Source: an uncultured Alphaproteobacteria bacterium
GTDB taxonomy: Bacteria; Pseudomonadota; Alphaproteobacteria; Rs-D84
Direction of reading: 5' to 3'
Assembly: GCA_944392815.1 (NCBI GenBank)
Contig: CALXXY010000007.1
Span: 1-26,893, forward strand
Length of the DNA: 26,893 bases
Below are positions 9,481-15,974 of the stretch, piece by piece. The stretch's first letter is position 1, and each line of letters starts with the position of its first letter. The notes beneath the pieces are model-generated. The model was given only the letters and a program-made list of their open reading frames with translations. It ran no database searches and was not told the origin of the DNA. Both the position numbers and the translations under genes were made by a program.

Positions 9481-9664
9481 TGTCATTCCCGCGCAGGCGG
9501 GAATAGGGCTTGGGGTGTTATAAGTTATTTAATTTGGGGAATAATTCTGCGTTGTGTTTTTATTATTATGAAATCTGCGATACGAATTTAATAGACCCTA
9601 TTCCCGCCTTATCCACCCCACAAACAGATTCGTGTTTGCGGGGACCCCGGGCGCGGGAATGACA
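9481..9664. repeat. Inverted doublet of REP-like family B (TGTCATTCCCGCGCAGGCGGGAAT; RS3-like ATTCCC-N8-GGGAAT core)
   Basis: Left arm 9481-9508. Right arm 9596-9609 plus 9651-9664 is its exact reverse complement once the 41-nt insert is removed. AT-rich spacer between the arms. Confidence 0.88.
9610..9650 (+). repeat. Palindromic element family D, copy 2, inserted in the loop of the family B right arm
   Basis: TATCCACCCCACAAACA-GATTCG-TGTTTGCGGGGACCCCGG splits CCCGCCT|GCGCGGGAAT. Confidence 0.8.
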
Positions 9665-9700
9665 GGGGAGAGTGTGCCCGAGCAATAACCAAGCAGAATG

Positions 9701-9750
9701 CCCACCGCCTCTGGCGGGGGGTGTCGTGCGAAGCACGACGGGGGGTGGGG
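9701..9750 (-). repeat. Third, divergent copy of REP-like family A
   Basis: CCCACCGCC-TCT-GGCGGGGGG, T, GTCGTGC-GAA-GCACGAC, GGGGGGTGG. Same architecture and orientation as 9403-9444. Confidence 0.72.
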
Positions 9751-9783
9751 TAGAGCATTCAAGAACACGCGCTTACTCCCCCT

Positions 9784-9919
9784 TGTCATCGCGAGCAAAG
9801 AGTGGCGATCCAGTAAATAAAAAAGCACTGCGGGCATATCGCCCGCAGACATATTGCCCTGGATTGCCACAGTCGTACGCCAACGTTTTCAACGTTGATC
9901 GTACTCCTTCGCAATGACA
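9784..9919. repeat. Inverted doublet of REP-like family C (TGTCATYGCGA...GTGGCRATCCAG)
   Basis: Left arm 9784-9813 and right arm 9859-9919 (CTGGATTGCCAC...TCGCAATGACA). Extra hairpins at 9828-9848 and 9875-9904. Confidence 0.85.
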
Positions 9920-9953
9920 GTGATATATGTCCCGCGCCGATGGCGCGGACAAC

Positions 9954-9988
9954 ATCTACACTCTACACTCTAAACTCTTCACTCTATT
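9954..9988 (+). repeat. Degenerate 7-nt tandem repeat, about 5 units of CTCTACA
   Basis: ATCTACA CTCTACA CTCTAAA CTCTTCA CTCTATT. Confidence 0.7.
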
Positions 9989-10015
9989 ATTGTCACGCTG
10001 TGCGTGACAATAATA
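9985..10015 (-). terminator. Perfect 14-bp hairpin abutting the stop codon of the lptF-lptD-surA-rlmN-TrpF-like run
   Basis: TATTATTGTCACGC-TGT-GCGTGACAATAATA, directly after the TGA at 10016-10018. No clean U tract, so it may instead stabilise the 3' end. Confidence 0.5.
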
Positions 10016-10765
10016 TCACCGTCCGCGGCCGCTTAGCCATTTCAGTGCGTTGTGCACATACGCGTTTGCGCGTCCTGCGTCAAATCGCATGGTTCCCGGC
10101 GTTTTTAATTTGAATTCTGCGTCAATCCATGTGGTGTAAGGAAATGGGATAACGTTGGATATTCTGGTTAATTGTTCGGCGACATTTTCGCCCGACAATC
10201 CACCCGCATACCCATGCGCACGCCCAGCGAAACGCGGTGTTTCCCAATTCACAGGACTGCGTCCCGTGCCGTACGATGAATCAAACAGTAATGAAAACGG
10301 CACCCCTGTGTCATACAGGCGCGATATATACGATACAACCAACGGGTTATTATTAAATGAAAATATAAATTCATTATCTGGATAATCCGCGATAATTGCG
10401 GCCATTTCATTTTCATGACGCAGGTTCATTCCATTGCCGATATTCAATTGCCAACGTGGAATTGCGGGCATATTAGTCGCATATTTGCGTGCGTCCAACC
10501 ATTGTTTTAATTCCGGGGCAATTTTCCCGTTGCAAAAATCAGTGCACCAATCGCCACCTATGTGCAGTGCCAGATTCAATTTATTTTGTGCATTATCGCG
10601 CAGTATTTGATTAAACCATTTGTTTCGCACAGAATTCGTGTGCATAGTATGTTGGCTGGCAACGATGCCAATTTCGACTTTGTCTGACTGATGCCCCAGG
10701 GCAACGATTTCTGCTGTGGAATTTTCTTCGTTCGCACCCGAACAAGTTATATATCGTAGATTCAT
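10016..10765 (-). CDS. TrpF/PRAI-like TIM-barrel protein of unknown function
   Basis: LLFDSSYGTGRS, GYAGGLSGENV and WIDAEFKLK resemble the PRAI C-terminal phosphate-binding region. The N-terminus lacks the KICG motif. SD AAAGG upstream. Confidence 0.65.
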   Translation of the reverse strand: MNLRYITCSGANEENSTAEIVALGHQSDKVEIGIVASQHTMHTNSVRNKWFNQILRDNAQNKLNLALHIGGDWCTDFCNGKIAPELKQWLDARKYATNMPAIPRWQLNIGNGMNLRHENEMAAIIADYPDNEFIFSFNNNPLVVSYISRLYDTGVPFSLLFDSSYGTGRSPVNWETPRFAGRAHGYAGGLSGENVAEQLTRISNVIPFPYTTWIDAEFKLKTPGTMRFDAGRANAYVHNALKWLSGRGR

Positions 10766-10766
10766 G

Positions 10767-11873
10767 TTAGTTTACCTTTCCTTTATTATTCAACCGCAAT
10801 TGTCCACAGGCACTCCCTATATCCTGACCCCGTTCGCGACGAATTCGCGTATGAATTCCGTTTTTGATTAAAATATCCTGAAATCTGTGCACAGCGTTCC
10901 CAGACGGCGACATAAAATCACGTTCGTCCACCGCGTTCCATGGAATTAAATTCACCATGCAATTTTTGCCACGCAATAAATCAGACAATTTTTCTGCATA
11001 TTCGGGCGTACAATTTAATAATTCCGCGTCGCCATTTTCACCGCGCACAGCCAACAATATGTATTCAATCATTAATTGGCGATTGTGCAAATCTGAAAAT
11101 TTAAACGCAGCGTCCAACACATTGTTTAAATGATATTTGTTATTGATTGGCATAATACGACTGCGCAATTCGTCCGTTGGCGCGTGCAACGATATCGCCA
11201 GGTTAATTGGCCGTCCCCATTCAGTTAATTTTTCTATGCCCGGCACAATGCCACACGTCGACACAGTTATTTTACGCCACCCAATCCCCATATCTGAATT
11301 GGCGCGTTCAATAAATCCGATAACATTTTCAGTATTCTGCAGCGGTTCGCCCGTGCCCATAACGACAATGTGTGACACGTCGCCATTATTTGCATCGCCG
11401 TTTGGTCGAATGGGGCGGTCAGAAAATCTGTCGCCACGCAATTCCCATTGTGCCACCAAAATTTGCGAATAAATTTCATTCACAGTCAAATTTCTTTTTA
11501 ATCCCAACAGCGTACTGGCGCAAAATTTACAGCCCATTGCACAGCCGGCCTGGGAACTGACGCAAACACTGTTTCCATAACTGGTGCGCATCAAAACACA
11601 TTCAATTTGTTCCGCGTCCCCCAATTCCAATAAAAATTTTGTTGTTTGATTGTCCCCAGATTGTAATTTTTTCACCACGCGCACAGGCAAAGTTTGCGCC
11701 ACTCCGTCCAATTGGTCGCGCAATGCGGCGGGCAAATTTTTCATCACCTGGAAATCAGGCGCGCCCCTGTTTAACCAATCGCGAATTTGTTTTGCACGAA
11801 ATTTTGGCTGGCCCATACTGGTAATAAAATCAGCCAATTGGGAATCTGTAAAATCAAACAATACCGGTTTCAT
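10767..11873 (-). CDS. rlmN: Radical SAM rRNA/tRNA m2A methyltransferase RlmN
   Basis: SSQAGCAMGCKFC (CX3CX2C), MGTGEP, ISLHA, EYILL, VNLIPWN, ACGQL. Confidence 0.95.
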   Translation of the reverse strand: MKPVLFDFTDSQLADFITSMGQPKFRAKQIRDWLNRGAPDFQVMKNLPAALRDQLDGVAQTLPVRVVKKLQSGDNQTTKFLLELGDAEQIECVLMRTSYGNSVCVSSQAGCAMGCKFCASTLLGLKRNLTVNEIYSQILVAQWELRGDRFSDRPIRPNGDANNGDVSHIVVMGTGEPLQNTENVIGFIERANSDMGIGWRKITVSTCGIVPGIEKLTEWGRPINLAISLHAPTDELRSRIMPINNKYHLNNVLDAAFKFSDLHNRQLMIEYILLAVRGENGDAELLNCTPEYAEKLSDLLRGKNCMVNLIPWNAVDERDFMSPSGNAVHRFQDILIKNGIHTRIRRERGQDIGSACGQLRLNNKGKVN

Positions 11874-12697
11874 AATTTATATCTGTCGTCATTGATTACA
11901 ACCACGGCCTTGCGTCGTAATTGTTTTAATTGTTGGTCGGCAATAAACATCGCCTGTTTAAATTGGGCGTTTTGTTCAATCATATCGTCCAGTTTTCCAT
12001 ATTCGTCTGTTTTTTTGGATTCACATACCAATAATACAGATTTATCCACCACAGGCGACCACGTCATCACCGGCAACGTTGCCACACGTTCGCGAATATC
12101 CGCCGCCAGTTCATATTGCAACGCAGTAAATTTTTGTGGCACCCCACCCAAATCACGCGCCATTTGCATTGCGTTATCACAACTGCTGGGGCGGGTCAGT
12201 TTTGTTGCCACGTCTGCTGGGATATCTGTTAATCGTATAATGGTCATTTCAATGGGCAATCCCTGGGCACGTGCAATTTCTGCGCGTTCATTTGCGACAT
12301 CAGTGGCCGTGATTTCCACAGTTGGCAATATAGTCCGCGCAACAACAATTTGCCATGCGATTTCCGCCCGCATTGCAGACAACGCCATCGCACGTTCAGT
12401 TGCCGACAATTCCCCCAGATTCATTTTGTTTAATTCTTTTTCGACAGTGTCGTCATCTGGTACAGCATTGAAATTTTGTGCGTATGCCAATTTAACGCTG
12501 TCGTCAATAATGTTTTGCAACGCCACGCGGCGATTATCAGTGGACGTTTTTCCCTGCTTGTTCATCAATGATACGCGCGCGGTCACATCTGCATCGGTGA
12601 CGGGCACGCCATTCACAGACGCAACAACCGCGGCCGCATTTGCCGCACCGACGAAAAACAACGATAACATTGCCACAGCGAAATGTTTTATATACAT
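11870..12697 (-). CDS. surA: SurA-family periplasmic chaperone with a degenerate PPIase domain
   Basis: Signal peptide, VVASVNGVPVTDADV, C-terminal LKQLRRKAVV. Directly downstream of lptD. Confidence 0.8.
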   Translation of the reverse strand: MYIKHFAVAMLSLFFVGAANAAAVVASVNGVPVTDADVTARVSLMNKQGKTSTDNRRVALQNIIDDSVKLAYAQNFNAVPDDDTVEKELNKMNLGELSATERAMALSAMRAEIAWQIVVARTILPTVEITATDVANERAEIARAQGLPIEMTIIRLTDIPADVATKLTRPSSCDNAMQMARDLGGVPQKFTALQYELAADIRERVATLPVMTWSPVVDKSVLLVCESKKTDEYGKLDDMIEQNAQFKQAMFIADQQLKQLRRKAVVVINDDRYKL

Positions 12698-12711
12698 AAT
12701 TTCTTTGTCCC

Positions 12712-14727
12712 CTAGTACTGTTGCCCGTTAATAGACATTCCAAATCTGAATTGGAATGTTGTTGTACCAACATAGTCATACTTTATCGCATTATCACGAC
12801 GATATTCCACAGACAAATAATAACATGGGTGAGTATAAAATAATCCGCCACCATGCCGTTGGAATTGTCCGTCTGTCATGTTGTATATTGCATTAAAGCG
12901 CAAAGCCCACCGGTTAGTCAACTGGACACCAATCCCTGCCATTAATTCGTTGATTGCGTCGTCCCTGGTGTATGTGTCAATAAATTGCTGGGACCAAATG
13001 TGCCCCACGCTGACGAAATTTTTCGCCGTTCCAATAATAGCGGACGTTTCCATATGCCGCAGGGATAAATCCTGTTGGTCCAAACGGAATCGCGTGGCCA
13101 GGTCAATCCATTTCATATTGTTATATTCCAACCGGCCAACATAGTCAGACGCCCCATCGTGGAATCCGCTGTTGGGGTCAGTTGCCGCCCGGTCAGTAAA
13201 ATCATACGTTTGACCCAAAAATAATTCGAATGTTTGCCCGTCTGGATTAAACGCAGCATAGCGCACACCATAATCTGCATACGTGCCATTTTCCCATAAA
13301 TCCAGACCGGCAAATCTGTTGTCTGAAAACAGTGTTGCGTCGGACAAAAATGTTCCGGCTGAATCGTTGTTCAATGTAAATTGATCTTCGTCCGTGCGGC
13401 GCATCACAGTCACACGTGCGCGCGGTTCAATAACCTGGGTCCACCCGTCCGACGGCCGGAACAAAGGCAATCCCCATTCGACGTATCCGCTGGGTAAAAA
13501 TCTGTCTTTTAATCCAGAAAAATCCGCGGCGTCAATTAAATCCGTTTTGTGGAAATTATATACATCGTATCGCGCAGATACACTGGCCGTTATTCTGTTG
13601 CCGCCCCACAATGTCCACGGTGACACAACGCGCACGTCCCCGGTTAATCGCTGTGATGACGTTCCATCACCAGATATACCCAAAACGTCCGCCCCCAGTT
13701 TTAAATAAGTTTCTTTGAACAATGGTTTTGTTTGGTACGTTGCGCGAACATTTGGCAAAATATTGCCAGATTGTACCAATTGCATACCTGTGGCCGCGCG
13801 CAGTTCCTGGAACACATGGGCGTCTGCGACGACATAGCCACTTTGGCCGAATAATTCGATTTTTGCCCCCGAATCCAAATATGGCTGGTCATCATAAAAT
13901 CCATATTTCTGCAGGAACGTTTTATCAGACGCGCGTTCCAAAAACACAGTCGCGCGTGCATATTCACCCAATTCGATAACGTCATTGTTGAAAATATACC
14001 AACGATCTTCGCCGTCTTTGTTATGAGTATATGCAGCGTTTGTTCTGAATTCAGAATGATTCATGTTTAATCTGTGTTCCAATTGGAACAACGGATTTTC
14101 TTCGGTCAAAATCGATGGAGTGAATGTTAAATCGTGCGTATCAGAAAAATTGATATACAGCGGGATATTTATCTGGGTTCCCATATTGTTGGTTGACCCA
14201 AAATCAGGCATTAAAAAACCCGTTTTATATTTAACGCCTGGGTCGGGCATTTCAAAAAACGGCAACCAAAACACAGGTATATCATACGTGCGCAACACAG
14301 GATTATAAAATCGCAACATGCGACTGTCCATATCGTGCACAATTTTCTGGGTGCTGATTTGCCATGCGTCACCAAATGCGTCGCAATCATCGCATGCTGT
14401 GAACGTGGCGTTGTATGCGATTGTTTCTATGCCTTCGCGGACAATGTTGTCTGATTCGACATACACATGGTCACCCAGCCATAATTTAATATCAGACCCC
14501 GATAATTCATCGCCATTTTGCGATAGATATGAATCAGTCAGTGTTAACCGCTGGCCCGATGAATTTATGATTTCAGTATTCCCAGATGTTTTTATCGTTT
14601 CCGATTGCACATCATATTCAATTTTATCGGCAGTTATTGTTTTTGGCGCATTAACATTGACCGACGCCGCCATTGCGGTCATCGGCAATATTATCGGTAA
14701 TGTTAAAAATGGATTAAATCGCGTCAT
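12712..14727 (-). CDS. lptD: LPS-assembly protein LptD
   Basis: ITADKIEYD, NATFTACDDC...WQI, PVFWLPF, KTGFLMP, IEPRA, LFSDNRFAGLDLWENG, YTHPC. Lies between lptF/G and surA. Confidence 0.93.
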   Translation of the reverse strand: MTRFNPFLTLPIILPMTAMAASVNVNAPKTITADKIEYDVQSETIKTSGNTEIINSSGQRLTLTDSYLSQNGDELSGSDIKLWLGDHVYVESDNIVREGIETIAYNATFTACDDCDAFGDAWQISTQKIVHDMDSRMLRFYNPVLRTYDIPVFWLPFFEMPDPGVKYKTGFLMPDFGSTNNMGTQINIPLYINFSDTHDLTFTPSILTEENPLFQLEHRLNMNHSEFRTNAAYTHNKDGEDRWYIFNNDVIELGEYARATVFLERASDKTFLQKYGFYDDQPYLDSGAKIELFGQSGYVVADAHVFQELRAATGMQLVQSGNILPNVRATYQTKPLFKETYLKLGADVLGISGDGTSSQRLTGDVRVVSPWTLWGGNRITASVSARYDVYNFHKTDLIDAADFSGLKDRFLPSGYVEWGLPLFRPSDGWTQVIEPRARVTVMRRTDEDQFTLNNDSAGTFLSDATLFSDNRFAGLDLWENGTYADYGVRYAAFNPDGQTFELFLGQTYDFTDRAATDPNSGFHDGASDYVGRLEYNNMKWIDLATRFRLDQQDLSLRHMETSAIIGTAKNFVSVGHIWSQQFIDTYTRDDAINELMAGIGVQLTNRWALRFNAIYNMTDGQFQRHGGGLFYTHPCYYLSVEYRRDNAIKYDYVGTTTFQFRFGMSINGQQY

Positions 14728-15782
14728 TTTTTACACAGTATAAATAATATTGCACCCAACACAGCCAACACCACGCCCACCAACAGTGCGAATTCAGACA
14801 CACTGCCAATCATATTTGACGTGGACATATACATCGACATAACAACCGCCATTGCCGCCACAGCCACCGCGGGGGCAAAACTGGCGCGTCTGCGCAGCAA
14901 TGACGAACGCAGTAATATGGTCGCGCACAGTGCGGCCAATATTAAATTCATAATCGGCCCCAGAAAACGACTGCTTAATTCAGCCAACACCATCTGGTGT
15001 TGTTTTTCCGTATCAGCGTTTAATACATACTTAATCAAATCAGACGTTGGTATGCGGCGCACACGAAAAGACGTTTCGTCCTCTTTATCAGCAACGTTTA
15101 AATCCATGTCGAAACTGTCAAATGTGCCGGTGGTCAACGTATCGCCCGCCGCCTGCAACGAACCGTTTGTCATCACAATGGACAGCCCGCGTGCAGTGGA
15201 TACCAATTTGCCTTTTTCTGCAAATATAGTGACCGGTGCGTCCGCGTCACGCATGTCGGATAACATAACCTGGCTTAAATCATGGCCGGACACTTTATCA
15301 ACATACACAACCAATCCATCGGTTATTTGTGTAAACGCAGATTCCTGTAATTTCATATGTGCCAACCCATACCGCAAATTCCATTGTGTGGAATAAAACA
15401 TTGCCTGGGTCTGTGGCACAATCCATAAATTTAATACAAAATGCAGCACCATCAGCACCGTGGCCAATATTAATGCAGGCCCCGCAATCTGTCGCGGTGA
15501 CAGCCCAGACGCCGCCATAACAGTAATTTCATTATCAGATATTAATTTGTTGTACACAAAAATAACCGCGATAAATGTGACGAACGGGATAATAATAGAC
15601 ATGATAAACGGCACCATCAAAATGGTCAGTCCCAAAAAACTGGTTAATTCCACGCCGTAATTCAACAGGAATTTCATCATGGACATAATCTGCATCATCC
15701 ATGCCAATCCCGTCAGCACCAATAACAGCATGATAAAAATCGCGATCAACTGGCGCGTAAAATATCTGTTCAGTATTTTCAT
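14724..15782 (-). CDS. lptF: LPS export ABC permease, LptF/LptG family
   Basis: MKILNRYF start (ATG 15782), three TM segments, DNEITVMAASGLS, periplasmic beta region, three more TM segments. lptF versus lptG is not certain. Confidence 0.85.
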   Translation of the reverse strand: MKILNRYFTRQLIAIFIMLLLVLTGLAWMMQIMSMMKFLLNYGVELTSFLGLTILMVPFIMSIIIPFVTFIAVIFVYNKLISDNEITVMAASGLSPRQIAGPALILATVLMVLHFVLNLWIVPQTQAMFYSTQWNLRYGLAHMKLQESAFTQITDGLVVYVDKVSGHDLSQVMLSDMRDADAPVTIFAEKGKLVSTARGLSIVMTNGSLQAAGDTLTTGTFDSFDMDLNVADKEDETSFRVRRIPTSDLIKYVLNADTEKQHQMVLAELSSRFLGPIMNLILAALCATILLRSSLLRRRASFAPAVAVAAMAVVMSMYMSTSNMIGSVSEFALLVGVVLAVLGAILFILCKK

Positions 15783-15789
15783 ATTTCGC

Positions 15790-15818
15790 AGTATAAAGCC
15801 CAAAACACACACCGTCAA
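15790..15818 (-). promoter_or_regulatory. Sigma70-type promoter of lptF, probably leaderless
   Basis: Minus strand TTGACG-17 nt-TATACT-7 nt-ATG. Confidence 0.7.
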
Positions 15819-15845
15819 TTTATATTTGAAAAATGCAGATTTTTC

Positions 15846-15874
15846 TTGCATTTATTCGATTCGGCGTGAATAAT
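15846..15874 (+). promoter_or_regulatory. Sigma70-type promoter of nusA-infB
   Basis: TTGCAT-17 nt-AATAAT, about 100 nt upstream of nusA. Confidence 0.5.
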
Positions 15875-15901
15875 ACACATGTTCTTAAAAGTTTTTTTAA
15901 G

Positions 15902-15927
15902 GGCGGGGTTGAAAAACCCCGCCTTTT
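15902..15927 (+). terminator. Terminator-like hairpin in the nusA leader, candidate attenuator
   Basis: GGCGGGGTT-GAAA-AACCCCGCC followed by TTTTGAAT. No gene ends here. Confidence 0.65.
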
Positions 15928-15974
15928 GAATAAACAGACGACATGCAAAACATATAGCCAAGGAGAAAAAACAA

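Noticed and set aside
9519-9535. Possible IHF site in the AT-rich spacer of the family B doublet
   Set aside because: The best match (ATTAAATAACTTA, minus strand) has two mismatches to WATCAANNNNTTR in AT-rich DNA.
9265-10015. CRISPR array or integron attC cassette array
   Set aside because: No constant direct repeat with regular spacers, no cas or integrase gene, and no cassette ORFs. The units are inverted and belong to different families.
9094-10113. Short ORFs across the repeat mosaic (e.g. 9189-9416, 9309-9506, 9598-9870)
   Set aside because: They are translations of the palindromes (SFPRRRE, VIPA, LLAMT), overlap on both strands and lack clear start signals.
10767-11873. Cfr-type resistance methyltransferase
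   Set aside because: The GEP motif and core-operon location fit RlmN, and there is no mobile context.
11787-12731. 314-aa + strand ORF, and similar long antisense ORFs (3461-4072, 14821-15396, 17570-18253)
   Set aside because: Shadow frames opposite well-supported genes, with no motifs of their own.
45-15851. Longest-ORF starts for xseB (45), rpsO (4193), the 6428 and 8451 ORFs, and lptF (15851)
   Set aside because: Downstream ATGs fit SD sites, signal peptides, promoters or family N-termini better.
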